Shown piece after piece: positions 36,039 through 44,551 of a stretch of DNA of 63,425 nt. Source of the stretch: an uncultured Balneolaceae bacterium (GTDB taxonomy: Bacteria > Bacteroidota > Rhodothermia > Balneolales > Balneolaceae); assembly GCA_964421495.1 (NCBI GenBank), contig CAYQXO010000001.1, positions 1 to 63,425 on the forward strand, written 5' to 3'. The notes under the pieces were generated by a model that saw only the letters and a program-made list of their open reading frames with translations, searched no databases and was not told the DNA's origin. A program made the position numbers and the translations under genes. The number at the start of each line of letters is the position of its first letter. Position 1 is the stretch's first letter.

Positions 36039-36191
36039 ATTGCGCTGCGCGGGAATCGCTGACGTTCGGTGCACTTCGTGGGTAACGCTTCGCTCTGAGC
36101 GCTAACGCGGGAATCGCTTCGCTCGGTGCACCTCGTGGGCGACGTTTTACTCTGAGCGCTGACGCGGGTGGTACTTCGTTCTGTACTTACC
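36039..36191. repeat. Dispersed 28-29-bp-unit intergenic repeat, locus R3 (largest copy, five tandem units)
   Basis: ATTGCGCTG is followed by units of 29, 29, 28, 29 and 29 nt starting at 36048. Units alternate between CG(C/T)GGG....TCGGTGCAC(T/C)T and CGTGGG....CTCTGAGCGCT(A/G)A types. The array ends in CTGTACTTACC. Confidence 0.85.
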
Positions 36192-36226
36192 AATAACTCC
36201 GGGCCAGAGTACCTTTCTGCCTGCAA

Positions 36227-38296
36227 TTAATCAAACTCAAGCGTAAACCCGGCTGTCCAGTGGCGGTCGGGAGCGGGCTCGTAGTAGCGGTCGTTCCGGG
36301 CGTTTACGGTAACGGAACTGTTGTACCGGGTGCCGGTTGTATTGTCGATTTCCAGAAAGGGGGTCAGGGAGATTCCATCGGCAAGGGGAAAGCCGGTGTA
36401 GCTTATTTTTGAGTTTAAAACTACGTACCCGTCGTTTTCAAATGTGTTTTCACTGTTTACCGGGTAGGAACTGACCCCTTGCGCTTCCAGATGGACCATG
36501 AACTTTCCCGGATTCCAGTCTAAAGTTGCACTGGCTCGAAGTGCCGGTATGCCGGGAATCCTGTTTTGGTCGACGTCGGTCCCCGAGGCCGTGCGTGCCT
36601 GGCGAAAACGGGCACGAACATAGGTGTAGGATATTTTGGTATTTAGCGAGGGACTGAGTTGAAGGCGGGCTGCCAGTTCGAGTCCGCTGTGTCGCGTCTC
36701 TCCCTCGTTACGGTAGAATGTGCGATCGCTGGTTTCGGTCTGGTAAGGGAGTAATAGGTCATCAATCCACATTGTATAAAGAGCCAGATCATAGCTGAGA
36801 ACCGGATTGGAGAACTGTCCCTTGAAGCCCGTTTCTAGACTGACGGTATTTTCAGGCTCAAGCGAGGGATTGAATCCACCGCCTCCGCCGGGACGGTTTA
36901 CCAGCTCGGTCGTGGTGGGAGCTTCAAAGGCGGTGCTTGCATTTGCGTAAAAACGGCGGCTTCCCATACTGTAGGAGAGGCCAAACGAGGGACTCCAGGC
37001 GTGAAAACTGCGACTCCCGGATTGGTCCCCGTCTCTCAACAAATGATCGTCGACCGAGAAGTTTAGTCGGTCGTACCGAATACCGCTGCTTGCTTTTATA
37101 TCTTCAGTCAGCTTGTAATTCAACAGACCGAAGGCGGACCAGTTGGAGACGGTTTCAAGCTGGGCCAGAAGGCGATCGGCGCCGGCCTCCCCCTCATCCG
37201 TTGTATTTCGGTTCATGCGGTCGTCCCTTTGGTATTTACTCTCAATACCGGCATTCCAATCAAGTCGATCAATCGAGTTTTCAAACATTATTCGTCCGCC
37301 TCCCATAAGTCGGTCCAGGTCTATATAGGAAAAGGGCAGGGGACTGACCAGGTCGCGATATACTCCGTATCCAGTCAGGGAAAGTGTCCCAACCGGCAGT
37401 TGTTGGTGTAACGTCGCACCCAGTTGACCGTGATTGACCTCCTCTCGAGCGTTTACTCCAACAAATGCATTACGCGCCGAGCGCGGTGTAATCCGGGCCG
37501 TATCTTTGTCCATCGTACTGGGATTTTCAGCTTTTGGCATCGAGGCGTAGGCACCGAAAATACGGAGTGAGCTATTTTCTCCCAGGTGCCAGCGGCTGGT
37601 GAGTCCCACGCGGCCGATGCGGGCTTCGCTGTGCTCCCGGAATCCGTCTTGCCGGAAATAGGAGCCGAAAACATGCATGCTATTTTTGTCCCATTGCTGT
37701 ATGTATTCGGCTTCCGTTTTGTGCAGTCCATACGATCCGGCCATTCCGCGAACGCGAAGGCGGGGGGCGTCCGTATATGAAGGCCGGGTGGAAAGATATA
37801 CGACCCCCCCGCTGCTGTTGCCCCAAAATGTGGAAGCGGGTCCGCGAAGCACCTCCATATCACGGATAAAAGCGGGGTCAACGAGGTTTGTGACGGTTTG
37901 TCCGTCGGCCGTAGTGAGTGGGATGCCGTCGAGGATAACCTGGATGCCCCGGATACCAAATGCAGAACGCCAACCGATGCCCCGGATGGTCATACGCTGA
38001 CCGAGGGCGTAATTATGGCGATTGTTTACCCAGATTCCGGGCATATCGTAAGTAAGTTTATCCAGGGTTAATGCCGAAGAACTGTTTATTTCTTCCAGAG
38101 AGCGGTTCTTTTGGATGAGAGCACGGGGGACTTCGTCAACCGTAATAGAGGAGTGCACGGCTTTTACTTCGATGGGTTCCAGATCATACTCCAGCGTGTC
38201 AGCCTGGGGTCTATCCTGGGCCTTTATCCGAAAGGGAATCAGAATAACATATAAAATATTTATTGATATTAGTATTGATAATACATTGGTACTCAT
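36227..38296 (-). CDS. TonB-dependent receptor (about 690 aa, siderophore or small-ligand size class)
   Basis: ATG start and signal peptide. The plug region is MTIRGIGWRSAFGIRGIQVILDGIPLTTADGQT...MEVLRGPASTFWGNSSGGVVY, followed by a long barrel. Confidence 0.85.
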   Translation of the reverse strand: MSTNVLSILISINILYVILIPFRIKAQDRPQADTLEYDLEPIEVKAVHSSITVDEVPRALIQKNRSLEEINSSSALTLDKLTYDMPGIWVNNRHNYALGQRMTIRGIGWRSAFGIRGIQVILDGIPLTTADGQTVTNLVDPAFIRDMEVLRGPASTFWGNSSGGVVYLSTRPSYTDAPRLRVRGMAGSYGLHKTEAEYIQQWDKNSMHVFGSYFRQDGFREHSEARIGRVGLTSRWHLGENSSLRIFGAYASMPKAENPSTMDKDTARITPRSARNAFVGVNAREEVNHGQLGATLHQQLPVGTLSLTGYGVYRDLVSPLPFSYIDLDRLMGGGRIMFENSIDRLDWNAGIESKYQRDDRMNRNTTDEGEAGADRLLAQLETVSNWSAFGLLNYKLTEDIKASSGIRYDRLNFSVDDHLLRDGDQSGSRSFHAWSPSFGLSYSMGSRRFYANASTAFEAPTTTELVNRPGGGGGFNPSLEPENTVSLETGFKGQFSNPVLSYDLALYTMWIDDLLLPYQTETSDRTFYRNEGETRHSGLELAARLQLSPSLNTKISYTYVRARFRQARTASGTDVDQNRIPGIPALRASATLDWNPGKFMVHLEAQGVSSYPVNSENTFENDGYVVLNSKISYTGFPLADGISLTPFLEIDNTTGTRYNSSVTVNARNDRYYEPAPDRHWTAGFTLEFD

Positions 38297-38425
38297 ATAG
38301 TTATAATATATAGTTAAACCTTTTTATAATATTGTACTGTAACGTATTGTAGAAGTGAGTTATCTAATAGTAGAATTACAAAGGCATTACAAATAATGAA
38401 TTGCATACTGGAATGGAATTTGTGA

Positions 38426-38445
38426 CTTTGAAACTTGTTTCAAAG
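38426..38445. promoter_or_regulatory. 20-bp palindrome in a divergent promoter region (candidate operator)
   Basis: CTTTGAAAC-TT-GTTTCAAAG has perfect 9-bp half-sites. It lies in the 314-bp AT-rich spacer between the TonB-dependent receptor gene (-) and the DUF2752 gene (+). Confidence 0.3.
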
Positions 38446-38619
38446 ATTTGCGTACTATGATAGAGCATAACATGCCGGGTAATCAATCATAATGAAAGAG
38501 TAAGAAGAATAACAAATGTAATTAATGATAACCCTATTACCTCCTGTTTCCCGGCCGTTGTTGAGCCGTGTTTTAAGGACGGACAGCGATCGATTTAAGC
38601 AGTATATATTTTGATTCAT

Positions 38620-38928
38620 ATGACAAGCCGTGCAATTTCAAAAATATTGTCAATTGTTAAACCACATCTCGAGTGGGTGGTGTGGGTGACCGGACTCCTT
38701 TTACTGGCCCTGATGGATCCTTTGCAGGAACAAACCACCCTGTGTTTATTCGAATGGGTCGGTTTTAACTGGTGTCCCGGACACGGTTTGGGACATTCCA
38801 TTGCCTTTCTTTTCAGGGGGGAATGGTACCAGGCATTTTACGCTCATCCGGTGGGACCCGCCGCGGTTCCGATCCTGCTGGCGAGAGTCGGAAAATGCAG
38901 TTATCAAGCGTTTACCCGAAATACATAA
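38620..38928 (+). CDS. DUF2752-like membrane protein
   Basis: The ATG at 38620 is preferred to the listed TTG at 38611. The motif is LCLFEWVGFNWCPGHGLGHS (C...CPG.G pattern). Confidence 0.5.
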   Translation: MTSRAISKILSIVKPHLEWVVWVTGLLLLALMDPLQEQTTLCLFEWVGFNWCPGHGLGHSIAFLFRGEWYQAFYAHPVGPAAVPILLARVGKCSYQAFTRNT

Positions 38929-38943
38929 ACTTAAAAAATCTAC

Positions 38944-39285
38944 ATGAGTAACGTAATTGACCTGTTACCTGAACTGGAAGGCGACGAGGCAGCGTATATC
39001 GGCAAACTGATTTCATCCATGGAGGAAGATCGTGCCCGGCGATTTGCCCAGGCCTATCGAGCTCGCCGCAAGGATCCGCAAACGGTGCTTTTAACTACTA
39101 TACTCGGCTTTTTTATCGTAGCGGGGGTGCAGCGGTTTTTGCTGCGTCAAATCGGAATGGGATTACTCTATCTTTTTACCGGGGGACTTTGCCTGGTCGG
39201 AACGATAGTGGACTTGGTTAATCATCGTTCCCTGGCCTTTGAATATAATCGCGAAGTTGCCCGGGAATTGGTTCAGTACGTTTAA
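38944..39285 (+). CDS. TM2-domain membrane protein
   Basis: ATG start. The TM2-like hairpin is LLTTILGFFIVAGVQRFLLRQIGMGLLYLFTGGLCLVGTIVDLV. Confidence 0.6.
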   Translation: MSNVIDLLPELEGDEAAYIGKLISSMEEDRARRFAQAYRARRKDPQTVLLTTILGFFIVAGVQRFLLRQIGMGLLYLFTGGLCLVGTIVDLVNHRSLAFEYNREVARELVQYV

Positions 39286-39540
39286 AGAACCCACCGCGGG
39301 ATTTTAAAAAAGGCTTTCAAAGCAGCTGTCAGATTGTTAAAACTACAGTTGATCTGTGGAGTATCATATATAGCCGCCATTAATGATAAAAGTCAAAAAA
39401 TTTAATATTGAATAGATTATTATATTTTTTTAAATACAAAATTAAGCTGGTCAAATTTTAATTTTTTAAAAGACTTCTCTAAAATTAAAGATAAGTAGTT
39501 TAAAATCATGAACATAGCGTCACACATAAATTTCCCTTGT

Positions 39541-39613
39541 GAGCACCGGACGAAGCGATTCCCGCAAAGCGCACCGAGCGTTAGCGATTCCCGCGAAGCG
39601 AAATTCGGGCTAG
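39541..39613. repeat. Dispersed 28-29-bp-unit intergenic repeat, locus R4 (reverse orientation)
   Basis: GAGCACCGGACGAAGCGATTCCCGCAAAGCGCACCGAGCGTTAGCGATTCCCGCGAAGCGAAATTCGGGCTAG. Confidence 0.8.
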
Positions 39614-39651
39614 TGTCTGTTCGCTGTAACTTCTCGTTTATTCGTTGCTCA

Positions 39652-40845
39652 ATGGGGATTTTAATACCTCTTTTACTATTGCTGATTGTATCAGTGGCGT
39701 TTGGCCAGAAGACCGAAGACCTTCCCTACGAGCAACTGGAAGAGCGGGTTATAACCATATTCAACAGCAGTTGCGCGCAGACGGGATGTCACGGGGGAGC
39801 GGGACCGCAACAGGGGATGAGCCTGAACGAGGACAATTTCTTTGGCCATACGGTGAATTCTCCCAGCCGGGAGCGACCGGATCTTGATCTCGTAGAGCCG
39901 GGCAAACCCGACAGCAGTTACCTGTTCATGAAAGTAAACGGTTCCGAGGATATCATAGGCGTGCAAATGCCGTTGACCGGCGAACTCGACGACGATGAAG
40001 TTGAAACCATCAGGCAGTGGATCAAGAAAATTCCGAAAGAGGGGAAAACCGCTTCCCGTTCACGGGAAGCCGCTCCCAAATACGCTCATGCATTTGACGC
40101 CTGGACCGCCATAAACACCCCCACCAACCGAATGGTTGATAAGGGGAAATGGCTGTTTTTAATTGCCCATCGCTTTAATCCCAAAATCAGTTCCGGCTAC
40201 GATCAGTTCTATGGATTGGACGGCAGTGCGAATATCCTGCTCAGCATGGGATACGCTTTGTCGGATAATACGCTGGTAAATCTGGGTAGAAGCCGGATAA
40301 ACGGCACCGTCAATGCCCAAGTGAAGCACCAGTTTTTACGGCAGACGCTTTCGGGCAGTACACCGCTGGGCATAACCGCCCTCGGAACGGTGAATTGGGC
40401 ATCGACCGCCCAAACAGAACGATTGGATAGTCCGCCATTTACCTATACGGGACAAGTTAGCCTGACGAGAGAGCTCATGGACGGAGTGGGCGTGACAGTG
40501 GCGCCGGGGATCACCTTCAACCCCGATATGGAAAACCAGGGGGAGAATCCGCTGGTTACCCTGGGAATGGGAGGACGCTGGAGGATGCATCGAAATATCT
40601 ATCTGATAGGGGAGTGGAATCCCATCTTGACGGGATATACGCTTACCAATACCCTGGGCAATTTTAACCGCTTCGACAGTTGGGGAACCGGCATTGAAAT
40701 TTCGGTGGGGGCGCATGTTTTCCAAATTTTTCTGACCAACTCTTTCGGGACCACCACCAACCAATACCTGCGCGGCGGCGATCTGGATATACGGAACGAA
40801 AGTCTGCGACTTGGTTTTAATATTTATCGAATTCTTAATTTTTAA
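39652..40845 (+). CDS. Secreted protein: PSCyt1-like domain with CX4CH, plus a C-terminal outer-membrane beta-barrel-like domain
   Basis: The start is moved to the ATG at 39652 (MGILIPLLLLLIVSVAFGQ signal), because the listed N-terminal 48 aa are a translation of repeat R4. The domain reads SSCAQTGCHGG...LVEPGKPDSSYLFMKV...MPL...ETIRQWIKK. The C-terminus ends in ...LGFNIYRILNF (terminal Phe). Confidence 0.6.
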   Translation: MGILIPLLLLLIVSVAFGQKTEDLPYEQLEERVITIFNSSCAQTGCHGGAGPQQGMSLNEDNFFGHTVNSPSRERPDLDLVEPGKPDSSYLFMKVNGSEDIIGVQMPLTGELDDDEVETIRQWIKKIPKEGKTASRSREAAPKYAHAFDAWTAINTPTNRMVDKGKWLFLIAHRFNPKISSGYDQFYGLDGSANILLSMGYALSDNTLVNLGRSRINGTVNAQVKHQFLRQTLSGSTPLGITALGTVNWASTAQTERLDSPPFTYTGQVSLTRELMDGVGVTVAPGITFNPDMENQGENPLVTLGMGGRWRMHRNIYLIGEWNPILTGYTLTNTLGNFNRFDSWGTGIEISVGAHVFQIFLTNSFGTTTNQYLRGGDLDIRNESLRLGFNIYRILNF

Positions 40846-40854
40846 CAAGGGATT

Positions 40855-41289
40855 ATGATAGTGAGAAAGTCCATTTTATTTATAGGCGCAGCACTTGTCG
40901 CATTTTTAATAACTCTTACGGGATGTGAACATGCGGAAGCTCCTACCGGGCCGGGTAATGGAGTACAGGCACCCGATTTTGACTCAATTCAGGTTGCGAT
41001 TTTTAGTCAGACGTGTGCTCCCGGTTGTCATGAAGGTTCAAATCCGGCGGGTGGCATGAATCTCAGTGAGGGAGAAGCCTATGATAATATTGTAGAGGTG
41101 CGCAGCCGACAGGCCCCCGAATATTTCCGTGTGGAGCCAAATAATCCCGATAGCAGTTATATTATTATGAAGTTGGAGGGAAGCGACAAAATTGTAGGTC
41201 AGCGCATGCCTGCCGGGGGTAGAGGCCCTTTATCGCAGGAAAAAATTGATGCCATTCGAGAGTGGATTGATGAGGGAGCTTCCCAGTAA
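40855..41289 (+). CDS. Lipoprotein with a PSCyt1-like domain carrying CX3CH
   Basis: ATG start and lipobox LTGC. The domain reads QTCAPGCHEGSNPAGGMNLSE...VEPNNPDSSYIIMKL...MPAGG...IDAIREWIDEGA, paralogous to the N-terminal domain of the upstream gene. Confidence 0.6.
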   Translation: MIVRKSILFIGAALVAFLITLTGCEHAEAPTGPGNGVQAPDFDSIQVAIFSQTCAPGCHEGSNPAGGMNLSEGEAYDNIVEVRSRQAPEYFRVEPNNPDSSYIIMKLEGSDKIVGQRMPAGGRGPLSQEKIDAIREWIDEGASQ

Positions 41290-41434
41290 CTATTTCGCCC
41301 CCTGCCCTTCCTGCCTGCCATCCTATTAGTTCTTTAATATTCTCTGTACCATGACAATAACCGGTTGGCCCAAGGGGTTAAACATGATCCTTGTATGAAT
41401 AAAGTATGAATCCTATACGAGTTTAGTCGCCACC

Positions 41435-42514
41435 ATGAACAGCACCCATTTTTTCAGTAAGCGCCCCCTGTATTATTGGATAATCGTCATTTTGTTGTCG
41501 GTTCTTACGTTTTTAATGGTGTTTATCTCCCGTTGGCAACGACTGTATCATCAACCTGCATTATCTATATCCGAGACGGAAACACTGTATGTATCCCGAC
41601 CCACCGATATTCAAGCGTTGACCACTCGTCTGGATACGTTGGATTGGCTTCCAAGAAAGGATGAGATGATGTGGGCGAGTCGAGTTCTCGGATGGAAGAA
41701 CTTTCGAAAGGGAAGGTATGAGCTCACCCCGGATATTAATTACAATGACTTGATGGAGAAACTCGGCAAAGGTATACAGGATCCGCAGGAGATCACTGTT
41801 CTGCCGGGCACGGATTTGGAACGATTTAACCACCGCCTGGCTCGTCAGTTTGCTTTCGACAGTGCGGCTGTAAGTCGATTATTCCGCGATTCCACCTACT
41901 TGAAAGAAAAGTCGCTCACTCAACAGGAACTTTTTGGTCGGATGCTACCGGATACGTATCAGTTCTATTGGACCGAATCACCGTCCGGGGTGATTGACGA
42001 AATTTTGGCTCATTTCCGGGAGAAGGTGGAGCAGAACTTCGATGATCGTTTACATCAGGTTAGATTTGAACTCAATGAGATTGTCACGCTGGCTTCTATT
42101 ATCGAGTGGGAGGCGAACAAGGAAGGGGAAAAAGATGTAATAAGTGGTTTATATTGGAACCGCCTGGATCGCGGAATGCGTTTGCAGGCGGATCCCACGG
42201 TCTTGTATGCCCTGGGGGAACGCCGACGCCTCTATTATAAAGATTATAAAATTCAACATCCCTATAACACCTATATCCATGACGGATTGCCACCGGGTCC
42301 CATCACCAATCCAAGCCTGAGTTCAATACGTGCGGCGCTATCTCCGGCTCAACACGATTATCTGTATATGGTGGCTACGCCCGACGGGGAGCATTTGTAT
42401 TCAAAAACATTTGAAGAACACAAGCAAAAAAGCCGTGAGTGGAGAAAGTGGATACGGGAGCAATACCGGCTGAAAAGGGAACGGGAAGCGGAAGAAAATA
42501 AAGGGACCAGGTAA
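41435..42514 (+). CDS. mltG: Endolytic murein transglycosylase MltG (YceG-like)
   Basis: A single N-terminal TM segment is followed by a YceG-like domain (LASIIEWEA...LQADPTVLYA...YNTYIHDGLPPGPITNPS). Confidence 0.85.
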   Translation: MNSTHFFSKRPLYYWIIVILLSVLTFLMVFISRWQRLYHQPALSISETETLYVSRPTDIQALTTRLDTLDWLPRKDEMMWASRVLGWKNFRKGRYELTPDINYNDLMEKLGKGIQDPQEITVLPGTDLERFNHRLARQFAFDSAAVSRLFRDSTYLKEKSLTQQELFGRMLPDTYQFYWTESPSGVIDEILAHFREKVEQNFDDRLHQVRFELNEIVTLASIIEWEANKEGEKDVISGLYWNRLDRGMRLQADPTVLYALGERRRLYYKDYKIQHPYNTYIHDGLPPGPITNPSLSSIRAALSPAQHDYLYMVATPDGEHLYSKTFEEHKQKSREWRKWIREQYRLKREREAEENKGTR

Positions 42515-42562
42515 ACTCGCCGGCCCCAAGACCAAACGCAAAATTGCTAAACCGTAAATCCT

Positions 42563-42620
42563 GGTAAGTACAAAGCGAAGCCTTACCCACGAAGTGCACC
42601 GAGCGTCAGCGATTTCCGGG
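42563..42620. repeat. Dispersed 28-29-bp-unit intergenic repeat, locus R5 (reverse orientation, short copy)
   Basis: GGTAAGTACAAAGCGAAGCCTTACCCACGAAGTGCACCGAGCGTCAGCGATTTCCGGG. Its first 10 nt are the reverse complement of the terminal TGTACTTACC of R3. Confidence 0.75.
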
Positions 42621-42723
42621 TTGGGAGAAATCCAATGCCTGGGAAAAACTGCTTACTATGGCATACCAGCTCTACGGCCACCTCGCGACAAAAGAAGATG
42701 AAACATCGCCCCCCTTATGAAGA

Positions 42724-44514
42724 TCACTTTTCCAGCTCGATCTTCTTGATTTCGATCTCTTGATTAATTTGCTCTCCACGAAAGTGAATGGGACCGGTAA
42801 GCCCTTCATAAAGGGGATTGTTTCTAAGTTTGTTTCTTAGCAAGGAGGGGTTGCCGACTTTATTCAGCGTCTTGAGTAACAGGTCAGCCGTATCATACCC
42901 GATATAGGAGAATTTGGAGGGGGGCGTTCCAAAGCGGTTTTTGTAGGATTGATCGAACTGCCGGTATTGACTGCTGTCGGCCGTTAAGGGGTCGGATTCC
43001 GGGTAATACATCTCAAAATTCCGGATTCGTTTATCATTCATATCGTACGCTCCCCATCCGGCAGAACCCAACAGCGTGGCATCGGAATTGGCAGCTTCCA
43101 GATCAGTCATCAGTAAATCGATCAATGTTGAAGCAGCCTGTCCGGTGAAGGGAGCGTAAATGGCATCTACGTCCAGTTTTTGTATATCTTCTTTTTCCCG
43201 GGTTTCCTCATCTGCGGTAAAATATTTGCTGAAGTCGCTCAAATCATAGCCATTAGCTTCAAAGTCATCCACATAGAAATGGGATATTTTGGCTCCAAGT
43301 CGTTCGGCCTGATCCCGAAATGCAAAAGCTGACTCATAACCCAGGGCATTCTTTTGTGCAATGACGGCCATGGTGTCTAGTCCGAGATTTCGGACGGCAA
43401 ATCGAGCCATTTTTCGTCCCCGAACAGCAAAAGTGGGATTCAATTGAAAAACATAGGGATTATGAAGGTTCAGGGTATCCGAGTTGGCCAGGGGCGTTAT
43501 CATCGGAACCTCGTGCTGCTCGGCTAATTCCGCCATTCTATAGGCTGATTCGGAGAAGAGGGGACCAATAATGACATCTATGGGATAGGCCCAGATTAAC
43601 TGATTAAATACGGCACCTGCCCGTGAAGTTTTTTGCGTCGTGTTACGGTGCCTTATAAAAACTTTTCGATCGGGGTTGCGCTTGTTATAATCCTCTGCAG
43701 CAAGAATAATGCCGTTGTACAATCCTCTGGTAACATTGAATTCAGCTTCGTCAGGACTAAACAACGGCAGGGCTACTCCGATTTCGTAACTCATTCCTTC
43801 CGGAGGGGTCAGGGAGTCATCCGGATTTTCATACTTCCTTGCGTATTGGGCGGAATCAGAGAGGACCGATTTAATATGGCTGATCTGTAATGGAGCTTGT
43901 GAGGAATCGGATAGATACGGTTTTAAGCGTTGGAATAGAGATGCCATGGTTGGATAGTCCACACGGCCGATTATCGACTCCAGCAGATCCAATCGGATGG
44001 CAGGATCGGCAACTGAAGAAAATACCTCCTTTTGCTGGTCCACCGTCAAATAGGAGAGGACTGATTTATAAAAATCTTCAGAAGTTTTCCGAAGGGTGGA
44101 CCCAATCTCGTTGTGTTCCTTGGTCTGGTGAAGCAGCCGAACGACCTGGTCAAACTGTTTTAATTGAAAGGCCACCAGGGATCGCGTGTATTGACTTTCC
44201 AGATATATGTTAGCCGGAGCGCTTTCAGAAATGGAGCTCAAATACGATTGAGCATCAAAATAAGCGCCCGCTGCATAAAAACTCTTGCCTGCAAAAAGAC
44301 GTGCTTCGGCCGAGTTAATTTGAGAAAAAATCCGGGCTGCTTCTGAATATCGGGCATTTTCGTAAAGTTCCAGCCCTTCTCCAAAAGTGGTGTCGGAGGA
44401 TGATTGGGCCAGACCATTGAGGCAAGTTGCAGACAAAAGTCCGACGATCAATAAAAAACCGCTGAAAAGAGTGGAAAGTTTGGTTGTGTATTGCTGTTTT
44501 GTGAAAGCTGACAT
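42724..44514 (-). CDS. Periplasmic-binding-protein type I fold protein with an N-terminal TPR-like region (LpoA/LppC-like or ABC substrate-binding-like)
   Basis: The start is moved to the ATG at 44514 (MSAFTKQQ..., followed by a hydrophobic signal), which removes the overlap with guaA. TPR-like helices are followed by a type-I PBP-like region. Confidence 0.4.
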   Translation of the reverse strand: MSAFTKQQYTTKLSTLFSGFLLIVGLLSATCLNGLAQSSSDTTFGEGLELYENARYSEAARIFSQINSAEARLFAGKSFYAAGAYFDAQSYLSSISESAPANIYLESQYTRSLVAFQLKQFDQVVRLLHQTKEHNEIGSTLRKTSEDFYKSVLSYLTVDQQKEVFSSVADPAIRLDLLESIIGRVDYPTMASLFQRLKPYLSDSSQAPLQISHIKSVLSDSAQYARKYENPDDSLTPPEGMSYEIGVALPLFSPDEAEFNVTRGLYNGIILAAEDYNKRNPDRKVFIRHRNTTQKTSRAGAVFNQLIWAYPIDVIIGPLFSESAYRMAELAEQHEVPMITPLANSDTLNLHNPYVFQLNPTFAVRGRKMARFAVRNLGLDTMAVIAQKNALGYESAFAFRDQAERLGAKISHFYVDDFEANGYDLSDFSKYFTADEETREKEDIQKLDVDAIYAPFTGQAASTLIDLLMTDLEAANSDATLLGSAGWGAYDMNDKRIRNFEMYYPESDPLTADSSQYRQFDQSYKNRFGTPPSKFSYIGYDTADLLLKTLNKVGNPSLLRNKLRNNPLYEGLTGPIHFRGEQINQEIEIKKIELEK

Positions 44515-44551
44515 AGCACCTAAACTCGTGGAAAAGGCTGTGTATAAACTA

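Noticed and set aside
36048-36191. The 28-29-bp periodic repeats could suggest a CRISPR array.
   Set aside because: The units are directly adjacent with no unique spacers, and they alternate between two related subtypes. No cas genes are nearby, and similar short copies are scattered in both orientations. This is a tandem/dispersed repeat, not CRISPR.
35906-36226. A 106-aa minus-strand ORF with internally repeated peptide segments.
   Set aside because: It is simply a translation of repeat locus R3 in one frame. The same applies to the 70-aa ORF at 25793-26005 over locus R2.
38297-38610. A possible riboswitch or Fur box upstream of the TonB-dependent receptor gene.
   Set aside because: There is no B12-box-like GCCACTG on either strand, and no TPP-type CTGAGA...ACCTGA pattern. 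Only weak partial resemblance to the Fur consensus appears (AATGATAAC, TAATCAATCATAATGA). Only the palindrome at 38426-38445 was kept as a low-confidence site.
39508-39651. Listed upstream starts giving N-terminal extensions: 39508 for the PSCyt1/barrel gene, 35310 for cysC, 44595 for the PBP-like gene, and 58677 for the caspase-like lipoprotein.
   Set aside because: The extensions either translate a repeat element (39508) or overlap the neighbouring gene (44595 with guaA, 58677 with the barrel gene). The cysC extension (35310) instead precedes the conserved family N-terminus. Downstream ATGs give proper signal peptides or family-typical N-termini.
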